DNA from: Escherichia coli
GTDB taxonomy: Bacteria; Pseudomonadota; Gammaproteobacteria; Enterobacterales; Enterobacteriaceae
Length of the DNA: 32,000 nucleotides
Direction: 5' to 3' (one strand)
NCBI RefSeq assembly: GCF_037560265.1
Contig: NZ_CP148405.1
Under the pieces are notes generated by a model that was given only the letters and a program-made list of their open reading frames with translations, searched no databases and had not been told where the DNA came from. The position numbers and the translations under genes are program-made. Positions 1 through 8,092 of this stretch are shown piece after piece (within the stretch, counting starts at the first letter, position 1; each line of letters opens with the position of its first letter).

Positions 1-2
1 AC

Positions 3-1010
3 ACATGGGCAGAGGCCACCTGGTCTCAGCAGCTTGAAGACTGGGTGATGAGTCATGTTCGCTGCTTCCAGTGGTTGGGTGGCGTTCCTGAACTTGTTGT
101 TCCGGACAATCTGAAAAGCGCCACATCCAGGGCATGTAAGTATGATCCTGACGTTAACCCTACCTACCAGCAGATGCTTGAGCATTATAATGTCGCAGTT
201 TTGCCTGCGCGGCCACGTAAACCGAAAGATAAAGCCAAAGCTGAAGTTGGCGTTCAGGTTGTTGAACGCTGGATCATGGCCCGAATCAGGCATGAGATCT
301 TCTACAGCCTTGCATCGCTTAATCAGCGCATTCGGGAGTTGCTGGAAAGACTGAATAACAAAATAATGCAGAAGTTGGGTTATTCACGTGCAGAACTCTT
401 CATCCAGCTTGATAAACCCGCACTGAAGCCTCTTCCTGAAGCCAGTTACAGTTACACCCTGGTGAAGAAAGTCAGAGTTCATGCCGATTACCACGTGGAA
501 ATCGACAAACATTACTACTCGGTTCCATGTTCGCTGTTAGGCCAGCAACTGGAAGCATGGATCTCCGGAGAACTGGTAAGACTCTTCAATCAGGGGCAGG
601 AGGTTGCTGTGCACCCGCGCAAGCGTACTTATGGCTACAGTACCCGCAACGAGCACATGCCTGAAGCTCATCGACAGCATGCCACCTGGACGCCAGAGCG
701 TCTTCTGGAATGGGCGGGGCACATAGGCAGTGAAACTCATAGTTATGTGCTTCATATACTGAACTCTCGTCCACATCCGGAACAAAGCTATCGCTTCTGC
801 CTTGGACTCCTGAACCTTCATAAAAAATACAGTAAAGCCAGACTTAATGCAGCATGTGCAAGAGCTCTGAAAACAAAGGTATGGCGTCTGTCAGGTATTA
901 AATCGATCCTGGAAAAAGGTCTGGATAAACAACCTGTTCAGGATCCAAAACCAGATCTGTTATCCACGATGGAACACGAAAACGTACGCGGCAGTGAGTA
1001 TTACCACTGA
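3..1010 (+). CDS. istA: IS21-family transposase IstA, 5'-truncated by the window edge
   Basis: The frame is open from nt 3 ([40 protein letters not shown]...), so the GTG at 45 in the ORF track is not the true start. The DDE-region motif VPDN and an IstA-like C-terminal region are recognisable. Confidence 0.85.
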   Translation, partial: TWAEATWSQQLEDWVMSHVRCFQWLGGVPELVVPDNLKSATSRACKYDPDVNPTYQQMLEHYNVAVLPARPRKPKDKAKAEVGVQVVERWIMARIRHEIFYSLASLNQRIRELLERLNNKIMQKLGYSRAELFIQLDKPALKPLPEASYSYTLVKKVRVHADYHVEIDKHYYSVPCSLLGQQLEAWISGELVRLFNQGQEVAVHPRKRTYGYSTRNEHMPEAHRQHATWTPERLLEWAGHIGSETHSYVLHILNSRPHPEQSYRFCLGLLNLHKKYSKARLNAACARALKTKVWRLSGIKSILEKGLDKQPVQDPKPDLLSTMEHENVRGSEYYH

Positions 1011-1021
1011 TACGGGATCCA

Positions 1022-1771
1022 ATGATGAATCATCTTTACGAACAACTGACCGCACTTAAACTCACCGGCTTCCGTGATGCGCTTAAAAAGCAACTTGCTC
1101 AGCCGGGCACATACCAGGAGCTGGGCTTCGAAGAACGCCTGTCATTACTGACAGCAGAAGAACTAACCTGCCGTGAAAACAGGAAGGCAGAGCGTCTGAT
1201 CAAACATGCACGGTTCAGACTTAATGCTGAGTTATCAAAGCTGGATTATCGTAACAATAGAGGGCTGGACAGGGCCCTCATCCGTTCACTCAGTCAGGGA
1301 AACTGGTTAACCCTGAAACAAAATATTTTACTGACCGGGGCCACCGGCAGCGGTAAAACGTTCCTGGCATGTGCACTTGGTCATAATGCCTGCCGACAGG
1401 GATACAAGGTCTACTATTATCGCCTTAAAGCGCTGATGGAACAGTGCTATCAGGGGCATGCTGATGGAAGATACAGCAAACTTTTGACCAGGCTGAATAA
1501 TAGCGATCTGCTGCTTCTGGATGACTGGGGGCTGGAACCTCTCTCATCAGAACAGCGTAGCGACCTGCTGGAAATAGTGGATCTGATGTACCAACGAGGC
1601 TCAATCATCGTAGTGAGCCAGTTGCCGGTGGAAAACTGGTACAAAATGATCGGAGACTCCACACATGCGGATGCCATCCTAGATCGACTGGTTCATGGCA
1701 GTATCAAGATCGAACTTAAAGGAGAATCAATGCGGAAAATACAATCTCCGTTGACCGAAGGAGATCAGTGA
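1022..1771 (+). CDS. istB: IS21-family helper ATPase IstB
   Basis: 249 aa with Walker A LLTGATGSGKT and Walker B LLLLDDWG. It begins 12 nt after the istA stop, the classic istAB layout. Confidence 0.9.
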   Translation: MMNHLYEQLTALKLTGFRDALKKQLAQPGTYQELGFEERLSLLTAEELTCRENRKAERLIKHARFRLNAELSKLDYRNNRGLDRALIRSLSQGNWLTLKQNILLTGATGSGKTFLACALGHNACRQGYKVYYYRLKALMEQCYQGHADGRYSKLLTRLNNSDLLLLDDWGLEPLSSEQRSDLLEIVDLMYQRGSIIVVSQLPVENWYKMIGDSTHADAILDRLVHGSIKIELKGESMRKIQSPLTEGDQ

Positions 1772-1821
1772 AGGTAATTTAAAAACGGTTCTGTGAAAGT
1801 GACACGAACCGATCTCCATCG

Positions 1822-2226
1822 ATGTTACTCACCGATCTCCTTCACGGTAATACGCAGCAGCTTCGCGGACAGCAAAAACACGTGGTGACGCCGGGTCAGA
1901 ATGAAAAATATTATCTGGCTGGCGCGTTACACAGCGGAACGGGAAAAGTGAGTTATGTGGGTGGCAACAGCAAGAGCTCCACTTTATTTATCAGTCTGTT
2001 GAAACACCTGAAATCGACATACCGACGGTCTAAAACTATCATGCTCATCGTGGACAACTACATCATCCACAAAAGCCGGGAAACACAGCGCTGGCTGAAG
2101 CAGAATCCGAAGTTCAGGGTGATTTATCAGCTGGTTTACTCTCCATGGGTGAATCACGTTGAACGGCTATGGCAGGCGCTTCACGACACAATAACGCACA
2201 ACCATCAGTGCCGTTCAATGTGGTAG
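1822..2226 (+). pseudogene. IS630-family transposase, C-terminal fragment only
   Basis: From about residue 15 the ORF reads like the C-terminal third of an IS630/Tc1-type DDE transposase (TPGQNEKYYLAGAL, IVDNYIIHKS, YSPWVNHVERLW). The N-terminal two thirds are missing, and the ATG at 1822 lies in IS21-end sequence and is probably fortuitous. Confidence 0.7.
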
Positions 2227-2324
2227 TTGCTGAAAAAGATTCACCATTTTATGGGAACCGTCAGCCCATTCCCCGGAGGTAATTATGGACAGGCAAAAGT
2301 GTAGCGGTATTAGGCACAGCTATT

Positions 2325-2387
2325 TAGTATTAAGACTATCACTTATTTAAGTGATATTGGTTGTCTGGAAATAAGGGGGCAAGAACA
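2325..2387 (-). mobile_element. IS2-like left-end fragment in inverted orientation
   Basis: 2327-2368 is the reverse complement of the IS2 left-end sequence CCAGACAACCAATATCACTTAAATAAGTGATAGTCTTAATAC as I remember it. The terminal 24 nt (2364-2387) are a diverged IS2-type inverted repeat, 19/24 identical to the IRR at 2701-2724. Confidence 0.7.
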
Positions 2388-2724
2388 AGTGGCTGACGGA
2401 TAATGGTTCATGCTACCGGGCGAATGAAACACGTCAGTTCGCCAGGATGTTGGGACTTGAACCGAAGAACACGGCAGTGCGGAGTCCGGAGAGTAGCGGA
2501 ATAGCAGAGAGCTTCGTGAAAACGATAAAGCGTGATTACATAAGTATCATGCCCAAACCAGACGGGTTAACGGCAGCAAAGAACCTTGCAGAGGCGTTCG
2601 AGCATTATAACGAATGGCATCCGCATAGTGCACTGGGTTATCGCTCGCCACGGGAATATCTGCGGCAGCGGGCTTGTAATGGGTTAAGTGATAACAGATG
2701 TCTGGAAATATAGGGGCAAATCCA
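2388..2724 (+). mobile_element. IS2 right end: 3' about 340 bp of the orfB transposase gene plus the right inverted repeat
   Basis: The sequence from AGTGGCTGACGGATAATGGTTCATGCTACCGGGC to TCTGGAAATATAGGGGCAAATCCA matches the 3' end of IS2 as I remember it. ORF 2447-2713 encodes the orfB C-terminus ([12 protein letters not shown]...[16 protein letters not shown]). The catalytic core is absent. Confidence 0.85.
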
Positions 2725-2853
2725 CTGGTTGATAATAGCTGATGTCCTTTTCAGCTATTAATGTGTTTATTTTAGCGTAAAATTATACTCGTATTTTTAT
2801 AACTTTATGAGATTGCCAGATTTGGTCGATAAATAATAATGCCAGTGACAGAC

Positions 2854-3672
2854 TTACTTATTAGGGACAAATTTCGCGAGGATATCAGGTTCACTGGCAA
2901 CATAAATGCTTTCATCAGACAGAGTTACAATTCCTTCAGGTTGGGGCAAATCACTGGTCAGAGAATGATTTCCTTTTGTCAGGTCAAGCATCTCAATGAA
3001 AGACATCTCTGTCAGGTTAAACTTGAGTAAGTTACGCGATTCATCGGACAGAATCATCAGACTTTCATTATTAAAGGCCAGGCCGGATATATCGTTAATA
3101 CGTATATCATTTAGTTCCTCTGGAATAGTTGCTTGCTTTACACTCAGCAGGTCTGGAGAAAGTTGATATATAAATATTTTACTTGGGCGTCTTTCTTTTG
3201 CGACAAACAGCATCCGATCATCTGCTTTCCATGCCAGCCCTTCAAATCCTCTATTCTTTTTATTGAATTTTTCTAACTGAATTTTATTTCGAAAGGAGAT
3301 ATGCATATCTTTTGTAACTGTAAAAAAGAATAGTTCAGAAGTGTTTTCGTCTACTGCAGCAAAAATGTTCCCTTGTATGTGTTCAATTGTTTCAGCATCA
3401 GAGATAAAAGGCAGCGGAGCTCTGTCCATGATGTCGCCACTTTTGGTTATTTTAAATAGCTGTGCAGGGCTATTCTGGGTGGCATACAGGAAATCATCCT
3501 CTTTATTATAAGTAAGAGATGATAAGTTCACCGTATTTGGTAATTGTTTTATAAATGAAAGTGAGTGTTCTTGAGGTGATTTTTTGTAAGTACAATTAAA
3601 TGGAAATAATATTAATATGGTTAGCATAATAAATATCGCAATGAAAAATGCAATTAATGGTTTTCTTTTCAT
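2854..3672 (-). CDS. rorf1: LEE rOrf1, function unknown, N-terminal signal-anchor
   Basis: 272 aa with a hydrophobic N-terminus (MKRKPLIAFFIAIFIMLTILILFPF). It lies immediately downstream of espG on the same strand, as in the LEE espG-rorf1 unit. I recall it as YjiK/SdiA-regulated-domain-like (unverified). Confidence 0.8.
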   Translation of the reverse strand: MKRKPLIAFFIAIFIMLTILILFPFNCTYKKSPQEHSLSFIKQLPNTVNLSSLTYNKEDDFLYATQNSPAQLFKITKSGDIMDRAPLPFISDAETIEHIQGNIFAAVDENTSELFFFTVTKDMHISFRNKIQLEKFNKKNRGFEGLAWKADDRMLFVAKERRPSKIFIYQLSPDLLSVKQATIPEELNDIRINDISGLAFNNESLMILSDESRNLLKFNLTEMSFIEMLDLTKGNHSLTSDLPQPEGIVTLSDESIYVASEPDILAKFVPNK

Positions 3673-3799
3673 TTTCTCTATTTACTGTAAATTGTTTGCA
3701 GAACAAATATCTTTGTTTAATTGTAATTAACTTCAGGGTGAATTGTTAATAATTGTGGGTGTAATTTCTATTATTGATTTTGATTAATAAAGTTTTATT

Positions 3800-4996
3800 T
3801 TAAGTGTTTTGTAAGTACGTTTCAGATGCAGCATACCTTGGTTGTAGCGCTCTTACCATTTCATCGATTGTACATTTCACACCTTGCGGCACTTCATAAG
3901 AAGTCCTGTTCGTCAACATGCCCATCTCGTTGGGGCGGTCTTCTGGCGCCATTATCAGAACCCCGGTATGGCTGGTAACATAAATGTTTCCATCTGATGA
4001 TTGAGAGATACTTATGTTAATGCAAGCGTTAGGTGTATCTAACGATCTTTCCGCATTGTATTCACTGGCTTTAGAGATCCTTTCATGTGTCAACGTTAAG
4101 GCTGGCACATTGAAAGATTGATAGAAAGCCGAGCATATGGCCGTTGCTGCTTCTGGATGGCATAAAAATTCCACAACTTCAGCTTTCTGATTATCGCTGC
4201 CGCTGCTTTCTCTTGCTATTTGCTCTGCATCATGGCGAGAAATACCATGATCTATAACATTCCGGGAAGGTGATGAGTGTGTGTCTTTAAGTCCTAGTGC
4301 ATCGCGAAGCAACATTTGTGCATTTGCAGGTATATCAACACCATTGAGTGAAAGCTTTGCATTGCCGAGTCCTCGACATGTATCCATAAAGATAGAGCTG
4401 AATGGTGTAGGCCCGGAAAGCGGATCTGTTTGAGCATTATGCGGAATCAAGGTTGTTGATAGTTTTGACGTAAAACCAAGTAGATTGCGCATTGAGGTAG
4501 TATCAGTCAGGTCAATCTCAGATAAGGCACGATGAACCTGAATGTATGGCATGTGGCGATCGATGGGTAAAGATTGTAATAACCTATTTTGTTCGTTTGA
4601 CTCTAGGAGCACAAAAATCTTTTCATTATCTGGTGTGCGAATCTCGGCTTCAATACTTTCGCTGTTAGTGACGGAAATTCTTAAGGATGAGCCATCTGAA
4701 AAACGAGCAGATACTCTGCCTAATTCATTGGGAAGTGGAGATACAGGCTCTAAAACGGTTAACAACTCTTGAAATGATTGTCTTTCACTACGACTGTACG
4801 TTGGATTCCATAAACCAAGACTAAGTACTTTAAGTAACTTTTCAGCGCATGACATCTCATCCCAGCTTTTTTTAAACCCAGAATTAACTTTCATTGCAGC
4901 ATCTAAAACTAAAGATGCGGAGTCATTATTAAGTCCATTTATCATGAGAGATTCTCCTATCTGGTTTGTAATGAACAATTTGGCAACAAGTATCAT
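3800..4996 (-). CDS. espG: T3SS effector EspG (VirA/EspG family)
   Basis: Over its full length the translation matches EspG as I remember it (MINGLNNDSASLVLDAAMKVNSGFKKSWDEMSCAEK ... PRYAASETYLQNT). The ATG at 4996 gives 398 aa. An in-frame ATG at 4945 is preceded by AGGAGA with a 7-nt spacer and would give 381 aa. Confidence 0.93.
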   Translation of the reverse strand: MILVAKLFITNQIGESLMINGLNNDSASLVLDAAMKVNSGFKKSWDEMSCAEKLLKVLSLGLWNPTYSRSERQSFQELLTVLEPVSPLPNELGRVSARFSDGSSLRISVTNSESIEAEIRTPDNEKIFVLLESNEQNRLLQSLPIDRHMPYIQVHRALSEIDLTDTTSMRNLLGFTSKLSTTLIPHNAQTDPLSGPTPFSSIFMDTCRGLGNAKLSLNGVDIPANAQMLLRDALGLKDTHSSPSRNVIDHGISRHDAEQIARESSGSDNQKAEVVEFLCHPEAATAICSAFYQSFNVPALTLTHERISKASEYNAERSLDTPNACINISISQSSDGNIYVTSHTGVLIMAPEDRPNEMGMLTNRTSYEVPQGVKCTIDEMVRALQPRYAASETYLQNT

Positions 4997-5228
4997 ATAG
5001 CATCATATAGTGTCAATAATATACAAGATATTTATAGCGGGTATTTTAAACGCATAGAAAGTTATTTTTACCTTCTGAAAAATAAGTGAAAATATTAATC
5101 TAATGACGGATAATTGATTGCAAGTGATGCGTCAGCCATAGTTTTTGTGTCTATAAAAAGGTTGTGATTATTTACATAAGTAATAGAATTTAGATAATTT
5201 TTATTGTGACGATAAAATATACCATTAA

Positions 5229-5401
5229 TGATTGATTTAGAGACACTGGCTTTCTGAATCGCCACGGATAATCTAGACACTTCCGAGCCGTTGATAATAC
5301 TGGTTTTCATATTCTGTCGGTGACATCTGTTCGCTAGAACCATGCCGACGCTTACTGTTATAAAACATTTCGATGTAATCAAAAATATCACTGCGGGCTT
5401 C
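5229..5401 (-). pseudogene. IS3-family transposase remnant (last 42 codons plus presumed end), cut by the IS3 insertion
   Basis: The reverse complement of 5273-5401 translates as EARSDIFDYIEMFYNSKRRHGSSEQMSPTEYENQYYQRLGSV*, a typical IS3-family OrfB C-terminus. The frame runs straight into the IS3 end at 5402. The outer boundary near 5229 (TGATTGATTT...) is a guess. Confidence 0.7.
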
Positions 5402-5431
5402 TGATCCTACCCACGTAATATGGACACAGGC

Positions 5432-6298
5432 CTAAGCGAGGTTCTTGTTTTCAAATTGTTCCGGACTGAGGCCGCCACACCAACTGTGCCGCCGCCACCG
5501 ATTGTAATCACATTCGATATAATTAAATACCGTTGCCCGCATTATTTCCCGGCTGATAAAGTGTTCTCCATGGATACATTCCACTTTCAGCGAATGAAAG
5601 AAGCTTTCCACGCAGGCATTATCGTAGCAGCAACCTTTTGCGCTCATACTTCCACGCAGATTATGCCGCTTCAGTTGCGCCTGATAATCTGCTGAACAGT
5701 ACTGGCCTCCACGGTCCGTGTGAACGATAACGTTCCGGGGCCTCTTACGCCACCACAGCGCCATCTGCAGGGCATCGCAGGCCAGTTGCGCCGTCATGCG
5801 TGGCGACATTGACCAGCCAATAACGGCACGTGACCACAGGTCAATGACCACTGCCAGATACAGCCAGCCTTCATCTGTACGTAAGTACGTGATGTCTCCT
5901 GCCCACTTCTGGTTCGGGCCACTGGCGTAAAAATCCTGCTCCAACAGATTTTCTGACACAGGCAGGCCGTGTGCGCGGTAGCTGACCGGGCTGAACTTCC
6001 GGGAGGCCTTTGCCCTCAGTCCCTGACGGCGCAGGCTTGCCGCCACGGTTTTTACGTTAAAGGGGTAACCCTGAGCACGCAGTTCATCCGTCAGGCGTGG
6101 GGCACCGTAACGCTGTTTTGACCGGGTAAAAGCCGCGAGGACAACGCTGTCGCAGTGTTGGCGGAACTGCTGACGCGTGCTTATCCTTGTCCGCCGCTGA
6201 CACCACGTATACCAGCCGCTGCGGGCCACCCGGAGCACGCGGCACATTGCTTTGATGCTGAACTCAGCCTGATGTTTTTCAATAAAGACATACTTCAT
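5432..6298 (-). CDS. insF: IS3 OrfB (InsF) transposase catalytic part, expressed as an OrfAB fusion by -1 frameshift
   Basis: 288 aa with DDE-region motifs ([26 protein letters not shown]). It overlaps the orfA end in the -1 frame. Confidence 0.93.
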   Translation of the reverse strand: MKYVFIEKHQAEFSIKAMCRVLRVARSGWYTWCQRRTRISTRQQFRQHCDSVVLAAFTRSKQRYGAPRLTDELRAQGYPFNVKTVAASLRRQGLRAKASRKFSPVSYRAHGLPVSENLLEQDFYASGPNQKWAGDITYLRTDEGWLYLAVVIDLWSRAVIGWSMSPRMTAQLACDALQMALWWRKRPRNVIVHTDRGGQYCSADYQAQLKRHNLRGSMSAKGCCYDNACVESFFHSLKVECIHGEHFISREIMRATVFNYIECDYNRWRRHSWCGGLSPEQFENKNLA

Positions 6299-6594
6299 TT
6301 CAGGCGCTTCGCGAAGTATGTCGCGGCCTTTTGGAGGATAGCCAGCTCTTCATCCCGTTCTGCCAGCTGGCGTTTGAGACGTGCAATCTCGGTAGACATC
6401 TCCAGTTCACGTTCAGAAGACGTCTGCTGATTTTGCTGTTTACTGCGCCAGTTGTAGAGCTGTGATTCATACAGGCTGAGTTCACGGGCTGCGGCAGTAA
6501 CACCGATGCGTTCAGCAAGCTTCAGGGCTTCACTGCGAAATTCAGGCGAATGCTGTTTACGGGGTTTTTTACTGGTTGATACTGTTTTTGTCAT
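6295..6594 (-). CDS. insE: IS3 OrfA (InsE), helix-turn-helix/leucine-zipper protein
   Basis: [32 protein letters not shown]... The ATG at 6594 is preceded by GAGGTG. The GTG at 6603 in the ORF track is probably not the start. Confidence 0.9.
   Translation of the reverse strand: MTKTVSTSKKPRKQHSPEFRSEALKLAERIGVTAAARELSLYESQLYNWRSKQQNQQTSSERELEMSTEIARLKRQLAERDEELAILQKAATYFAKRLK
6327..6334 (-). promoter_or_regulatory. Candidate IS3 programmed -1 ribosomal frameshift site (CCAAAAGG on the minus strand)
   Basis: An A-AAA-G slippery run sits in the orfA/orfB overlap (ATC CTC CAA AAG GCC in the orfA frame). IS3-family elements are known to frameshift at A4G-type motifs. The exact site is recalled, not verified. 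Confidence 0.6.
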
Positions 6595-6902
6595 GTGAGT
6601 CACCTCTGACTGAGAGTTTACTCACTTAGCCGCGTGTCCACTATTGCTGGGTAAGATCATATCTCCCCGGCAGCCTTCAGGAAAATATTATCAGATAACT
6701 GCGTAAAAAAAGAACAAATGGTTGTGTCCGCTATTGCCAGTACACCTGAGTTTACAGCCTTTCAGATTATCACAATCAATAGCGAACAGACTTTTGAGCT
6801 ATGTGCGCTTTTAACAAAACGCCCCTTTCTCCACTTTCACCGTATAATAATACATTATTAATTACAATCCCCCCAATAAAAACCGATATTACTAATTATA
6901 TT

Positions 6903-7029
6903 TATACTCTAAATAATTCGAATTGCAGGAAGGCGGCAAGCGAGTGAACCCCCAGAAGCTTACATAAGTAAGTGACTGGGGGGAGCGAACGCAGTCGCAA
7001 CACATGCAACTTGAAGTATGACGAGTATA
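6903..7029. repeat. ERIC (enterobacterial repetitive intergenic consensus) element, about 127 bp
   Basis: Contains the ERIC core GTGAACCCCCAGAAGCTTACATAAGTAAGTGACTGGGGGGAGCG (consensus GTGAATCCCCAGGAGCTTACATAAGTAAGTGACTGGGGTGAGCG). The imperfect palindrome extends from TATACTC (6903-6909) to GAGTATA (7023-7029). Confidence 0.88.
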
Positions 7030-7108
7030 TTACTACACAGTTTGATATCGGCTTTTATTAGTTGGCAAATAAATAATCAACACCGGTTAATCGTTTTAAA
7101 TTAGTTGA

Positions 7109-7897
7109 TTATACTTTTTTCGATTGCTCATAGGCAGCTAAATGATCTTTTAATGCCTGTGCAATGGGCGGTAGTCCACCAGACTCGGATGCCTGTCCAC
7201 TTGTTGGTGGCGGGGGTGCCTGACGGGTTGGCTTAAAGCTTACAGTCTCAGACGCTTTCGATAGTTCATAGGCAGCTAAATGATCTTTTAATGCCTGTGC
7301 AATGGGCGGTAGTCCACCAAGCCCGGATGCCTGTCCACTTGTTGGTGGCGGGGGTGCCTGACGGGTTGGCTTAAAGCTTACAGTCTCAGACGCTTTCGAT
7401 AGTTCATAGGCAGCTAAATGATCTTTTAATGCCTGTGCAATGGGCGGTAGTCCACCAAGCCCGGATGCCTGTCCACTTGTTGGTGGCGGGGGTGCCTGAC
7501 GGGTTGGCTTAAAGCTTACAGTCTCAGACGCTTTCGATAGTTCATAGGCAGCTAAATGATCTTTTAATGCCTGTGCAATGGGCGGTAGCCCGGCAGACCC
7601 GGATGCCTGTCCACTTGTCGGTGGCGGTGGTGCCGGGCGAGTAGGAGTAAATGAAGTCGCCATCTGACTCATACGACTCATCTGACTCATCTGACTCATA
7701 TGACTCATATTAAAAGTCGTTCTCGCATTAATATTCGACGAACCTGGAGAAAAAGGGGAATGAAATCTCACCGGAGTAAGACGCACAGTCTGAGGAGCTA
7801 CAGAAAATCCAGATACCCCCGCAGAGCCCACTCGACTTGCGACACCTCTAAGATGCCGCCCTATTGTAGAAACAGCGTTACTAATTCCATTAAGCAT
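7109..7897 (-). CDS. espF: T3SS effector EspF with four proline-rich repeats
   Basis: The N-terminus MLNGISNAVSTIGRHLRGVASRV retains Leu16 of the mitochondrial targeting signal. It is followed by four 46-aa units of the form RxAPPPPTSGQASG..LPPIAQALKDHLAAYE. It is the last gene of LEE4. Confidence 0.95.
   Translation of the reverse strand: MLNGISNAVSTIGRHLRGVASRVGSAGVSGFSVAPQTVRLTPVRFHSPFSPGSSNINARTTFNMSHMSQMSQMSRMSQMATSFTPTRPAPPPPTSGQASGSAGLPPIAQALKDHLAAYELSKASETVSFKPTRQAPPPPTSGQASGLGGLPPIAQALKDHLAAYELSKASETVSFKPTRQAPPPPTSGQASGLGGLPPIAQALKDHLAAYELSKASETVSFKPTRQAPPPPTSGQASESGGLPPIAQALKDHLAAYEQSKKV
7120..7650. repeat. Tandem 138-bp repeat array (about 3.8 units) encoding the EspF proline-rich repeats
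   Basis: GGCAGCTAAATGATC recurs at 7133, 7271, 7409 and 7547, an exact 138-bp period. Units 7271-7408 and 7409-7546 read identically base for base. Confidence 0.95.
7664..7708. repeat. In-frame 9-bp tandem repeat, 5 copies (CTGACTCAT-like), encoding MSH-MSQ-MSQ-MSR-MSQ in EspF
   Basis: The successive units are CTGACTCAT, ACGACTCAT, CTGACTCAT, CTGACTCAT and ATGACTCAT. Confidence 0.9.
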
Positions 7898-8092
7898 AAT
7901 TTATGTCTCTTTATATCTAATTAATTGGGGTTATTATTAATTCATATTAAAACTATAACTCATTAAATTAAATGCATATGGAAATATGAATACTTTTGTA
8001 CAGCTGTATTTATCATTCTGATATGATGAATGCCTGGCGAACTCTCATAATATATCAAAACAAATAATTAAATTATTTTAAATCAATATAAA

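Larger units (their letters stand above)
1..1845 (+). mobile_element. IS21-family insertion sequence (istA-istB); left part lies outside the window and the right boundary is approximate
   Basis: istA/istB gene pair in the typical IS21-family arrangement. Downstream of the istB stop there are two direct copies of ACCGATCTCC (1808-1817 and 1831-1840), resembling the multiple terminal repeats of IS21-family ends. The exact terminus cannot be fixed by eye. Confidence 0.75.
5402..6659 (-). mobile_element. IS3, apparently intact (1258 bp)
   Basis: The ends TGATCCTACCCACGTAATATGGACAC (5402-) and, reverse-complemented at 6659, TGATCTTACCCAGCAATAGTGGACAC form the IS3 inverted repeats. The 1258-bp length equals canonical IS3, and orfA and orfB are both open. 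The flanking triplets TTC (5399-5401) and TAT (6660-6662) differ. Confidence 0.93.

Noticed and set aside
2734-2759. 9-bp-stem hairpin AATAGCTGA-8 nt-TCAGCTATT downstream of rorf1 as its terminator
   Set aside because: On the rorf1 (minus) strand no U-tract follows it; the T-rich run is on the plus strand. It lies 10 nt from the IS2 end, so its role is ambiguous and it is not annotated.
5095-5391. 98-aa minus-strand ORF upstream of espG
   Set aside because: It runs out of frame across the IS3-family transposase remnant (whose true frame gives ...FDYIEMFYNSKRRHG...) into AT-rich promoter DNA, and is most likely spurious.
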